Shown here one piece after another: positions 43,022 through 51,997 of a DNA stretch of 64,000 nt. Origin of the DNA: Acidobacteriota bacterium. GTDB lineage: Bacteria; Acidobacteriota; UBA890; WLXD01. The translations under genes were made by a program, and so were the position numbers. The stretch's first letter is position 1; every line of letters begins with the position of its first letter. The DNA is taken from positions 224,001 through 288,000 of the forward strand of contig CAXWPH010000014.1 of assembly GCA_963666055.2 (NCBI GenBank), in the 5' to 3' direction. The notes under the pieces were generated by a model. The model saw nothing but the letters and a program-made list of their open reading frames with translations, was not told the origin of the DNA and searched no databases.

Positions 43022-45121
43022 TCACGACAGCTCCACCACGAGATTGAGTGACTCGTCCACGTGGGCACGGGTGTCGGGTCCGAGCACAACGGTCGACTCG
43101 CGCTCCTCCACCACGGCCGGGCCGTCGAATCGCGCTCCGACCGCCAGCAAGTAGCGGTCGTACACCGGCACCGGCAGGAGGCCAGATTCCTCGGGGAGGT
43201 AGATCGGCCGGTGCCCCTTGATCGGACTCGCTGCTTGAGCACCGGTCCCCGGCTGATCGACCGAGTCGGCCGGTGCCTCGGGCAGGTGCAGCTCGGGCAG
43301 CGGGCCGGCGCACGACACACGCCAACTCACCACCTCGATCTCCGGACCGGGCGGTGTGCGCCCGTAGATCGACTCATACTCGGCCTCGAAGGCAACCCTG
43401 ATCTCCGGTTCCCTGGCATCCCCGAGACTGCCGCCCGGAACGAGGATGCGCATCTCGTGCCCCTGCAGGCTGTAGCGGAGGTCTGCCCAGCGTCGGACCG
43501 ATATCTGTTCCGCCGGCAGCGTCGCCTCGAGGATCGAGCGGCCCTCGTGCTCCATCTCCGCCAGGCAGCCGTTGACCGCCGACCAGTCGAGCGATGCCAG
43601 CTTGCCCGGCAACGTGCGCACCGATTCGGTGGACAGCGGAGCGGCCAGGAAGCCGACCGCCGAGGTCACCCCGGCACTACGCGGGCAGATGAAGCGCGGA
43701 CAACCCAGAATCCGCGCGACCCGGTCGGCGTGTACGGGGCCCGCACCGCCGAACGCGAATAGCGGGAACCGACGCAAGTCCTTGCCGCGCTCCACCGCGT
43801 GCACCCGGGCCGCCGCTGCCATGCTCTCGTTGACTACCTGGTGGATTCCCCAGGCAGCGCGCAACGGGTCCAGATCGAGCGGCTCGGCAACATGCGCGAC
43901 AATCGCGGCGTGCGCAGCCGCGCGATCGAGCGTCATATCGCCGCCGAGGAAGAAGTCGGGGTCGAGATATCCGAGGATGAGATCGGCATCGGTGACCGTG
44001 GGCGCGGTACCGCCGCGGCCGTAGCAGGCGGGACCGGGATCCGACCCGGCGCTGTCTGGGCCTACGCCCAACAGGCCCAGAGGGCTCAGCCGCGCGATGC
44101 TGCCGCCGCCTGCTCCGATCTCGATCATCTCGATAACCGGCGCCTTGATCGGCAGGCCGCTGCCGCGCTTGAAAAGATAGACACGCGCAACCTCGAACTC
44201 CCGGGTGATCAGCGGCTCGCCCGCCTCGATCACGCCCGCCTTTGCGGTCGTGCCGCCCATGTCGAACGACAGCAGGTCCGGCTGCCCCATGCGCCGACCG
44301 TAGTAAGCCGCCGCCAGCGCCCCGGCCGCTGGTCCCGACTCGACCAGATGGATTGGCAGCCTGCAAGCCAGGTCGACCGTACAAATACCGCCGTTGGATT
44401 GCATGACGAACAGCGTCCCGACGATACCCAGCTCGCGTAGTCGCTCGACCAGACGGTTGAGGTAGCTACCCGCCAACCGCTGGATAAACACGTTGGCCAC
44501 CGTCGTCGAAGTGCGCTCGTACTCACGGATCTCAGGCGCCACATCGCACGACAACGAGCAGGCGATCTCGGGCGCGCGCTCGCGCAGCAGCTCTCCGATC
44601 GCCCGCTCGTGGTCCGAGTTCGCGTAGCTGTGCAGTAGGCAAACCGCCACCGCCTCGACCGCCTGCACGCGCAGCTCGTCGACAACTAGCGCCGCCCCAT
44701 CGAGATCGAGCTCTCGATGGACGGAACCGTCCTCGAGCACCCGCTCCTCGACTTCGTAGCGGAGATGGCGAGGCACCAGAGGGGCCGCACGCTCCAAGCG
44801 CAGGTCGTACATGTCGTAGCGATGTTCGCGAGCGATCTCAAGAGCATCGCGGAATCCAGCCGTCGTGATGAGGGCCGTCCGCGCCCCCTTTCGCTCGATC
44901 AGTGCGTTGGCGAACAGCGTCGTGCCATGAACGACGTGCGAGATTTCTTCGGCCGGCACCCCGGTAGCACTCAGTAGCGCCTCGATCCCCTCCCCCGCCG
45001 CGCGGGCCGGGTCGGTCGAGGTGGTCAGCACCTTCGCCACTTCGAAGACCGCCCCGGCGTCGTCGACCAGCACCAGATCGGTGAAGGTACCGCCGATGTC
45101 GACCCCGATCCGGTAGCTCAT
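43022..45121 (-). CDS. Hydantoinase A / oxoprolinase family protein
   Basis: 'GVDIGGTFTD', 'HGTT', 'EYERTSTT', 'SGPAAG', 'DMGGTT', 'GAGGGS', 'FGGAGP'. Confidence 0.94.
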   Translation of the reverse strand: MSYRIGVDIGGTFTDLVLVDDAGAVFEVAKVLTTSTDPARAAGEGIEALLSATGVPAEEISHVVHGTTLFANALIERKGARTALITTAGFRDALEIAREHRYDMYDLRLERAAPLVPRHLRYEVEERVLEDGSVHRELDLDGAALVVDELRVQAVEAVAVCLLHSYANSDHERAIGELLRERAPEIACSLSCDVAPEIREYERTSTTVANVFIQRLAGSYLNRLVERLRELGIVGTLFVMQSNGGICTVDLACRLPIHLVESGPAAGALAAAYYGRRMGQPDLLSFDMGGTTAKAGVIEAGEPLITREFEVARVYLFKRGSGLPIKAPVIEMIEIGAGGGSIARLSPLGLLGVGPDSAGSDPGPACYGRGGTAPTVTDADLILGYLDPDFFLGGDMTLDRAAAHAAIVAHVAEPLDLDPLRAAWGIHQVVNESMAAAARVHAVERGKDLRRFPLFAFGGAGPVHADRVARILGCPRFICPRSAGVTSAVGFLAAPLSTESVRTLPGKLASLDWSAVNGCLAEMEHEGRSILEATLPAEQISVRRWADLRYSLQGHEMRILVPGGSLGDAREPEIRVAFEAEYESIYGRTPPGPEIEVVSWRVSCAGPLPELHLPEAPADSVDQPGTGAQAASPIKGHRPIYLPEESGLLPVPVYDRYLLAVGARFDGPAVVEERESTVVLGPDTRAHVDESLNLVVELS

Positions 45122-45179
45122 CGCGACCGGGGAGCTTCGGCGATGGCACTCAGGTCAACCTCCACTGCAACCGCCAGGC

Positions 45180-48023
45180 TTACCAATCGAACGAGCGCGT
45201 GACCTTGAGGGTGAGCGAGCGGTCGTGGCGTCCGAAGCGGAGTCCATCGTAGGCGCCCGCCTGACGGTAGACGAGATAGATATCGTCGCCGATGCGGTAG
45301 ATGTAACGCAGCCGGGCGAACACCGAGAGCCCGTTTGAAACGTTGCCGTACTGCACCAGCGCGTCGGTGAGCCAGCGGTCCGAAAAGCTGTAGCTGGCGC
45401 GCGCGTTAAGCACGTTGCTCGTGAAGCTGCCACCCGGCAGGTCGATCTTGTTGTAGCTGAAGGTGGGGGCGATGAGCAGCCTCTCACTGAGGCGAAACGT
45501 CAGCCCGGGCGACACCGTGACGATCGTACCGTCGTAGAACTCCCCGATATTCGCGTCGCCGCTCACGCTGATCCAGCGACCGCCAAAGGTGAAATAGAAA
45601 AGGTACAGGGTGTCGAATGTGTACTCGCCCGGTGGAATCGACACGTCGGGGTGGATCTGGAAGGGAAGCTCGAGCCGCTCGAACGTGTTCGAGTAGTAAG
45701 CACCTATACCGTCCCCCGACTCGGTGTTGAGGAAGCCGCCGTACCACGACTCGCGGCTCACGAGGTCGCCCCTGGTATCGTGGAAGGTCGTGTAGTTGAC
45801 ATCGAAGTTCACCGACCGCAGCCAAGAGATATCAGGCCGTGGATTCCACGCACCGCGGAAGGCTCGCCGCACGACGTCATCGCGCAGGACGAAGCCCAGA
45901 TCGCTACGGAAGTCGGGGTCGACGCGCATGATGTCGAAGCTGGCGCGCCACAGATCGCTCTGCCAGCCGACGCCGAACTGGCCGGCGAACTTACCTTCCT
46001 CGACGTCGTCGTCGGTAGCCCGGGCGGCAAAAGCGGAAATGTTGAGGTTGTCGAAGAAGGTAAAGCTGGCGTCGGCGCCGACAACCGTGTTGGTGGCCCC
46101 GTCCGCACCTTCGACGTTGGTTACCAGCGCACCCACGCTCGATCGGGCCAGCACATCCTGACGCCAGCGCAACGCCGTGAACCCCTGTCCCGCGCCCAAC
46201 ACGGAGTCGTCCGTGCGGACGTGGAGGAAGCCGACGCTGCCGCCTCCGACCTTGCCGGTCATCTTGGTACCGAAGTCGATCGGGATTGGGACGCCCGACG
46301 GCGACAGCCCGATGTTGCGCGAGTGGAAAAGCCGCAGCACCGGTGCGCTGAAGCCACTTCCACCGCTCGGACCGAAGCTGAAGTTGTTGGCGCCCTCGAG
46401 GAAGAAGTCGCGCTTTTCCGGGAAGAACAGTGAGAAGCGCGTCAGGTTGACACGCTGGTCGTCGAGCTCGACCTGGGCGAAATCGGTGTTGTAGGTCAGG
46501 TCGGCGGTCAGGTTCGAGGTGAGCTTGATCTTGAGATCGTCGATGCCGAACTGCTCGTCGATGTCGTTCGCACGTCCCGGATCCTCGAACAGCGAAGTGG
46601 CGTTACCGAGGAAGTACGGCCGCAGGCGGAACCGCTGGGTCACCGAGAGGTCCTGGAAGCCGCGCAGGTCGCCGGCCTGCGACACAGCGATGAACCGGAA
46701 GTCGCGCCGGTAGTTGCTCCAGGCAACCTGCTCGTTCTTGCGGCGGATCTGGCGCTCGAAGTCGACGCCCCAGTCGGCCAGGCCGGTGGAGAAGCGCAAG
46801 ATCCCGAGAGGGATGACCAGCTCGGCCTCCCAGCCGCGTGAGGTGATCTGCGCCGCCGCTTCCCAAGCCTCGTCCCATTCGGAGTTGATCTGACTTTCGT
46901 TGCGGATGGTGGCGTCGTAGCGCGCGCCCAGCGGATTGACCCTGAACAGGAAGGCGCTGCGTCCGTCGTGGAAGGTATCCAGCACGACGCTGAAGGTGTC
47001 ATCCGAGCCGCCGCCACCTCCACCGCCGCCGAAGAACCCTCCGCCGCCGCCAAGCGCGTCACGTCGCAGCTCACTGGCAAGAATACCGCTCGGGTTCGTG
47101 TCGTAGGCGATCAGCCCGACGTAAAGGTTCTGGTCGTCGTACAGAATGCGCACCTCAGTGCGCTCAGATGCGGGCCGTCCTTCCTGTGGCTCGCGTTGCA
47201 GGAAGTCGGTGGCGACGTCGGCCAGGGCCCAAACGGCGTCATCGACGATGCCGTCCATCACCGGAGCCTCAACGGTACGTGTCACGGTCATGTCGGGAGC
47301 CACACCGGGTGCTCGCGCCGATCGGGGTCGGGCCACTCCGAACACCGCCTCGGGCTCGGTGGGCGCCGGAATGCCGGCGCCTCCCGGGCCCGTCGCACGC
47401 CCGGGAACGACGGTGGGCAAACTCCTTGGTCCCGTCGGTCGCCTGGCGGAGTCACCGGGATTGATCGGTTGTACCAGGAGGTACCCGGGGCCGCCCGGAG
47501 GTACGGCCATCGCGTCGCTTGCAACCAACGGAGCTGGTGCCAGAGGCTGCACACGATCGGGATCCATGACCGGAGCGCCGGCGAGGCGAACGGGCGCGTT
47601 CAGCTCACTCGTCACCACCATACGAACCGGGATATATCTCCTCGGTGCCGGGACGACCACGGTCAGAGGCGCTCGGCGGCGGCCGCCGCCTCCTCCGGTC
47701 CCGGCCGCCCGCACCCTTGGCGAGCTGGCTGGCGTGCTCGAAGCCACCATGCGGACCGGAATCGCACGCCGCCCAGCTGCCCGCTGCGGCCCCGGGGCCT
47801 CGGTCTTGGGCGAGTCGTCCGTGGCCAGCTCAAGCTTGGCGGATTCTGGCCTGGCCCGCTTTGGCCGCCCGGGTTCCACCTTGGCGGATGCAGCTCGGGC
47901 GGACTGAGCCTGGCGCTTGCCCGCTCCAGAACCAGCGTCAGACGGGGTCGAAGCCTGCAGCCGCGGGCTCGCTCCAACCACCAGCGCAATGCAGACGACA
48001 ACAACGAATCTGGGCTTGTGCAC
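45180..48023 (-). CDS. DUF5916-like outer-membrane protein with CBM9-like sugar-binding domain and a long Pro/Ala-rich N-terminal extension
   Basis: Signal peptide 'PRFVVVVCIALVVGASPRLQA', 'PVMDGIVDDAVW', 'TEVRILYD', 'GWEAELVIP', 'NTDFAQVELD...NLTRFSLFFPEKRDFFLEG', beta-barrel-like C-terminus ending 'KVTRSFDW'. GTG start inferred. Confidence 0.8.
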   Translation of the reverse strand: MHKPRFVVVVCIALVVGASPRLQASTPSDAGSGAGKRQAQSARAASAKVEPGRPKRARPESAKLELATDDSPKTEAPGPQRAAGRRAIPVRMVASSTPASSPRVRAAGTGGGGGRRRAPLTVVVPAPRRYIPVRMVVTSELNAPVRLAGAPVMDPDRVQPLAPAPLVASDAMAVPPGGPGYLLVQPINPGDSARRPTGPRSLPTVVPGRATGPGGAGIPAPTEPEAVFGVARPRSARAPGVAPDMTVTRTVEAPVMDGIVDDAVWALADVATDFLQREPQEGRPASERTEVRILYDDQNLYVGLIAYDTNPSGILASELRRDALGGGGGFFGGGGGGGGSDDTFSVVLDTFHDGRSAFLFRVNPLGARYDATIRNESQINSEWDEAWEAAAQITSRGWEAELVIPLGILRFSTGLADWGVDFERQIRRKNEQVAWSNYRRDFRFIAVSQAGDLRGFQDLSVTQRFRLRPYFLGNATSLFEDPGRANDIDEQFGIDDLKIKLTSNLTADLTYNTDFAQVELDDQRVNLTRFSLFFPEKRDFFLEGANNFSFGPSGGSGFSAPVLRLFHSRNIGLSPSGVPIPIDFGTKMTGKVGGGSVGFLHVRTDDSVLGAGQGFTALRWRQDVLARSSVGALVTNVEGADGATNTVVGADASFTFFDNLNISAFAARATDDDVEEGKFAGQFGVGWQSDLWRASFDIMRVDPDFRSDLGFVLRDDVVRRAFRGAWNPRPDISWLRSVNFDVNYTTFHDTRGDLVSRESWYGGFLNTESGDGIGAYYSNTFERLELPFQIHPDVSIPPGEYTFDTLYLFYFTFGGRWISVSGDANIGEFYDGTIVTVSPGLTFRLSERLLIAPTFSYNKIDLPGGSFTSNVLNARASYSFSDRWLTDALVQYGNVSNGLSVFARLRYIYRIGDDIYLVYRQAGAYDGLRFGRHDRSLTLKVTRSFDW

Positions 48024-48312
48024 GACGAGAGATTTCCGGGACCGTGTGGCGGCGACGAGGCTCTGCGCCACTACACTACATCGCCGGTCTGAGGGCACGC
48101 ACGACCTCATCTCCAGCGAAGAGCGAGCGGACGGCCAGATGCGGCCCCGCTTGACCGCTGGGCTGCCGAGGCGGAATGTGCGAAGGGTCCGTAGTGTCCT
48201 CCGGCACGCTTTCCGTCGGGTATGGTGAAGGCGATCACTGGCTGCGTCGCGGTGGCGCTCTGGTCGCTGCGACCAGGCACCGGCTGTGCCGTTGGACGAG
48301 GAGAATTCAAGA

Positions 48313-49302
48313 ATGCCCGGCGATAATGCGTCTTCCCTTCCTCGCCGAAGACCGCTTGCCGGGCTTGCTGGCCGCAGCGTGGTCTTCGCCTGTTGGCTGC
48401 TCGGCATTTGCGCGTCGGGCAGCCCGGCCATTGCCCAGCCGACGCTGATCGGCGCGCGGAGCTGCATCGCGCATGCCGGTGCCAGTGCCCTTGCCCCACC
48501 CCACACGATGGCCGCCTACCGGCGCGCCCTGGAGCTGGGCGCCGATTTCGTCGAGCCCGACCTGCAGCTGACTCGCGACGGCGTGCTCGTGTGCCTGCAC
48601 GATCTCTCGCTCGAGCGAACGACCAATGTCGAGAAGCTGTATCCGGAACGCGCCACGGAGGTCATGCGCGGCGGCCGTCAGGTGAAGGCTTGGCTGGTTA
48701 ATGACTTCACCCTGGACGAGATCCGCCGCCTCGATGTCGGTACCTGGTTCGACCCCGCCTTTGCCGGCGAGCAAGTCCCTACGCTGCAGGAGCTGATCGA
48801 TCTCGTGGCCGGCAAGGCCGGCATCTACCCGGAGACCAAGAACCCTGACTTTTATCTCGAGCGAGGCGTCGACGTCGATCGGAAGCTCCACGAGCTGCTG
48901 GTGAGGAACGGGCTCGACACGCGCCAGGGCCAGCGCCACACGCCGGTCCTCATTCAGTCCTTCCATGAGAGCAGCTTGCGCACCTTGAGACAGCTTGGCG
49001 GCGATCACTACGATCTGATTCAGCTAGTGTGGATCGACCAATGGAGAGATTTTCTGAGCGACGAGGGGCTCGACCACGTGGGCGAGTACGCGCAGGGCGT
49101 CAGCCCGTTCCTGACCTTCGTTCTCGGTGACCCGACGCTCGTCGAAAGGGCCCACGACAGGGGCCTCGCCGTTCACGCTTGGACGGCGTTCGAGGCGTTT
49201 CCACCGAGCGATTTCGATGACGAAGCCGCCTACATTCGGCACCTTCTGAACGACATCGGCCTCGACGGCCTCTTCGTTCACGACCCCGGGCTCTGTCCGT
49301 GA
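48313..49302 (+). CDS. Glycerophosphodiester phosphodiesterase (GDPD), exported
   Basis: 'IAHAGAS..APPHT..AY..A', 'EPDLQLTRDG..VCLHD', 'YPETK', 'IQSF'. Confidence 0.9.
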   Translation: MPGDNASSLPRRRPLAGLAGRSVVFACWLLGICASGSPAIAQPTLIGARSCIAHAGASALAPPHTMAAYRRALELGADFVEPDLQLTRDGVLVCLHDLSLERTTNVEKLYPERATEVMRGGRQVKAWLVNDFTLDEIRRLDVGTWFDPAFAGEQVPTLQELIDLVAGKAGIYPETKNPDFYLERGVDVDRKLHELLVRNGLDTRQGQRHTPVLIQSFHESSLRTLRQLGGDHYDLIQLVWIDQWRDFLSDEGLDHVGEYAQGVSPFLTFVLGDPTLVERAHDRGLAVHAWTAFEAFPPSDFDDEAAYIRHLLNDIGLDGLFVHDPGLCP

Positions 49303-49325
49303 GAGCCGTGAGGGTGCCGGCGTCG

Positions 49326-49605
49326 CTAGCAGGCCGTGGTGAAAGTGTGGTGGGTCTGGCGACAGGGTCTTGCGAAGTGCAGGCAAGGAGAAGAGGAGGA
49401 GGCGATGGTTACCGCATCGTTGACGAGGAACGACGCAGCATGCGCGCGCAACCCCCTGTCGCCCGAAGGGTTACGGCGAGTTGGGGCCATTTGCGGTGTT
49501 GGCCTTCCTGGACGATGGCCGGGGCATCGCCTGCGTCAGGCCGCCTTGCATCTGGCCCCAACTCGCCGTAACCAGACCCACCACACTTTCACCACGGCCT
49601 GCTAG
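49326..49605. mobile_element. MITE-like palindromic element, copy 2 (~280 bp)
   Basis: Perfect 34-bp terminal inverted repeat CTAGCAGGCCGTGGTGAAAGTGTGGTGGGTCTGG / CCAGACCCACCACACTTTCACCACGGCCTGCTAG. Internal stems GGCGACAGGG/CCCTGTCGCC and GGTTACGGCGAGTTGGGGCC/GGCCCCAACTCGCCGTAACC. Confidence 0.85.
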
Positions 49606-49740
49606 TCGCCATCGCGATCCTGTCGCGCCTCTCTGCCGGTCGCTTTCTGTAGGCGCTTAAAAGGCGACCGCCTGAAAAGCCGCCTGCATGGCCTTCCAAC
49701 GGGAGAGTATTCGTTTTGTTCACCCGTTTGGGAGGTAAGA

Positions 49741-50064
49741 ATGGGCCAAGCTTCCTGGGAGCGCAGGATCCAAGAATCCAAGCGCCGTGCTGTCAGCTGT
49801 TTCCTCGTACTTCTACTGAGCCTGGTGGTTCTGTCTGTACCCACGACGCCCTCGCTGGCGGACACAGACGCGGCGCCGACGATGACTGCCACCGAGCAGA
49901 GCAGCTTGTTCTGGGTCGGCCTGGCATACCTGACAGAAGACCGACGGGCGAGCGCCATGGTAGGCGCTGTGGGTGTGCTCCAGACGTCAATCAACTCGGC
50001 GATCATCGGAGCCGTGTTCGGCGGGCCGGCGGGCTTCGCCGCGGGCGTCGGTTACGGACTCTAG
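49741..50064 (+). CDS. Putative bacteriocin/RiPP precursor (circular bacteriocin-like): signal peptide plus hydrophobic Gly/Ala-rich core
   Basis: Strong GGGAGG RBS. 107 aa with basic n-region, h-region 'FLVLLLSLVVLSV', 'SLA|D' and C-terminus 'LFWVGLAYL...IIGAVFGGPAGFAAGVGYGL'. First gene before SpoIIM/Yip1/ABC. Confidence 0.75.
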   Translation: MGQASWERRIQESKRRAVSCFLVLLLSLVVLSVPTTPSLADTDAAPTMTATEQSSLFWVGLAYLTEDRRASAMVGAVGVLQTSINSAIIGAVFGGPAGFAAGVGYGL

Positions 50065-50086
50065 TCGGTCGACAGATCCACCTCAG

Positions 50087-50118
50087 GGGGCGGAGCTCAG
50101 CACCTGTGAGCCCGCCCC
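50087..50118 (+). terminator. GC-rich stem-loop after the precursor gene (no U-tract; mRNA stabiliser or partial terminator)
   Basis: GGGGCGG(A)GCTCA-GCACCTG-TGAGCCCGCCCC. Confidence 0.55.
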
Positions 50119-50139
50119 GAGGAGATCCCAGCGGGTGGC

Positions 50140-50724
50140 GTGGAACCAACTGCGACAGCGAGATCGTTGACCATGCCTGCAATGGCTGCGGCGGTACTTT
50201 GGGGAGCGTCGGCGACCGTCGGGGCAGGTCTTTACATCGACTCGACCCCGCTGGCTCTTAGCTCCGATTCCGCCGCCGTGCTCGACACCGACCGAGCCGC
50301 CGTGTCGTTCGGAGTGATCCTGGCGCGCAACTTGTGGGTCTTCGGAATCAATATCGCAGGTGTAGCCAGTCTGGGAATCAGCACCCTTGGCTCTGTCGTT
50401 GCGAACGGGCTTCAGGCAGGCATGGTGCTTGGGCAGGCTTACCGAGAAGGCCTCGGCCTCAGTTCACTCGTCGCAGTAACTCTTCCCCATAGCCTCGAGC
50501 TTGTCGCGCTGTGGCTTTCAGCGGCTGTAGGGTTCCTCGGCCCTCGCCTGGCGATGTCGTTGGTGAACGACAGCGAGCTCCCGGCCTCACTCAGGCCACA
50601 GACGCTTGCCCTGGTCGTGCTTGCACTTGCGGGGTTGATCGTCACGGCAGCCGCCTTGGAGACAGGCGTGTCGTTGCCTATGGCGGAGCGTATTCGAAGC
50701 ACGGCGTCGGAGATCGGCTCGTGA
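50140..50724 (+). CDS. SpoIIM / DUF95 family membrane protein
   Basis: 'ILARNL', 'VANG..AG', 'LPHSLELVALWLSAAVG', 'LIVTAAALETGVS' match the N..NG..PH..E..AA..E pattern of DUF95. Start GTG 50140 or ATG 50173. Confidence 0.85.
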   Translation: MEPTATARSLTMPAMAAAVLWGASATVGAGLYIDSTPLALSSDSAAVLDTDRAAVSFGVILARNLWVFGINIAGVASLGISTLGSVVANGLQAGMVLGQAYREGLGLSSLVAVTLPHSLELVALWLSAAVGFLGPRLAMSLVNDSELPASLRPQTLALVVLALAGLIVTAAALETGVSLPMAERIRSTASEIGS

Positions 50725-51278
50725 CCTTCGACACGGGGACCGACAGGTTTCTATCCACACTCCTGGTTGTTGGCACAGCGCTCGTACAAGGTCAGATCTC
50801 AGCCACCGTTGCCAGCAGCATCACCACTGTCATCATGCCGGCCTGGGCAGCACTCTTCGCGGGCTTCAACGGACTGATGACCTGTGCTCTGGCGATCGTT
50901 TTCTGGCTGCTCATAACCGCAATGGCTCACATCATCTGCCTGATCATGGATGGCCGAGGTGACTACGGTCGTTTCGTTGTAGGCGCTGGCTACGGTTATC
51001 TCCCCTACTTCCTGACTACGCTGATTACACTCGTGGCGGTGATCGACATCTCACCTCAGATCTCTGCGGCCCTAGAGTCGGGTGAGATGATCGGGGCTCC
51101 GTTACGCGCTCGGCTACGTTGGTACGGAGCACTCAACAACGCGGCGCAGGTGCTGTTGTTCGGCTGGGTGGCAGTAGCGGCACGGCGAGTCCACGGCGTT
51201 ACGATGGTTACGGCCGTGATGAGCGTGTTCGCACCTGTCGGGGCTGTCCTTCTAGCCCGCGGCGTGCTCGTAACATGA
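50721..51278 (+). CDS. Yip1-like membrane protein
   Basis: GTGA overlap with the SpoIIM stop. About 5 TM segments, 'AHIICLIMDGRGDY...GYGYLP', 'ARRVHGV' (Yip1-type pattern). Confidence 0.72.
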   Translation: MTFDTGTDRFLSTLLVVGTALVQGQISATVASSITTVIMPAWAALFAGFNGLMTCALAIVFWLLITAMAHIICLIMDGRGDYGRFVVGAGYGYLPYFLTTLITLVAVIDISPQISAALESGEMIGAPLRARLRWYGALNNAAQVLLFGWVAVAARRVHGVTMVTAVMSVFAPVGAVLLARGVLVT

Positions 51279-51997
51279 GGGGTGTTGCTCCAGCAGACAC
51301 GACGCTGCGCTGTACGGACTTGTCTCGGACCTATTGCAGACGAGAGGTACTGTGCATCGACGATCTGGTTATCAAGCCTGGTGAACGGATCGTCGTCGTT
51401 GGCCCGAATGGCGCCGGGAAGACCACCTGGCTGCGGATACTCCTCGATCTGGTTCGACCAACCGGCGGCACAACCACCTTTGGTCTTCTCTCGCCGCAGC
51501 AGGCACGGCGCCAAGGCCTGCTAAGCGGGTACCTGGGCGAGGATTTTCTGATCCCCTATCTGACCGTGGATGAGTACCTGGCGTTCGTCGGCCGATCCTT
51601 CGGGTTGGAGACGGTTGAGATTGCCACCGCGAGGCAGGAGCTCGACGAGTTCATCGGCTTTGACGGGTCGGCCAAGCTGATCCGCCAGCTCTCCACCGGT
51701 ATGGGCCAGAAAGTCGGGCTCGCCGGTGCGCTGTTGGCAAACTCACCGATCCTGGTACTCGACGAGCCGTTTGCCAACCTTGATCCACCGTCTTGCTTGT
51801 CACTCATACGCCAGCTCCAAACACGCCACGCATCGACCAACGCCACGCACATCGTGTCGAGCCACAGCCTCGAGTACGTTGCCGACATCGCCGACCGCGT
51901 CCTCCTGTTGGAGCAAGGTCACATCATCTGGGACGAGACCGAGTACACCCAGGCCAGCTTGCGCCGGCATTTCAGCCAGGACGCTTGGCGATGCTGA
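51275..51997 (+). CDS. ABC transporter ATP-binding protein
   Basis: ATGA overlap. Walker A 'GPNGAGKTT', signature 'LSTGMGQK', Walker B 'LVLDEPF', H-loop 'SSHSL'. Confidence 0.93.
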   Translation: MRGVAPADTTLRCTDLSRTYCRREVLCIDDLVIKPGERIVVVGPNGAGKTTWLRILLDLVRPTGGTTTFGLLSPQQARRQGLLSGYLGEDFLIPYLTVDEYLAFVGRSFGLETVEIATARQELDEFIGFDGSAKLIRQLSTGMGQKVGLAGALLANSPILVLDEPFANLDPPSCLSLIRQLQTRHASTNATHIVSSHSLEYVADIADRVLLLEQGHIIWDETEYTQASLRRHFSQDAWRC

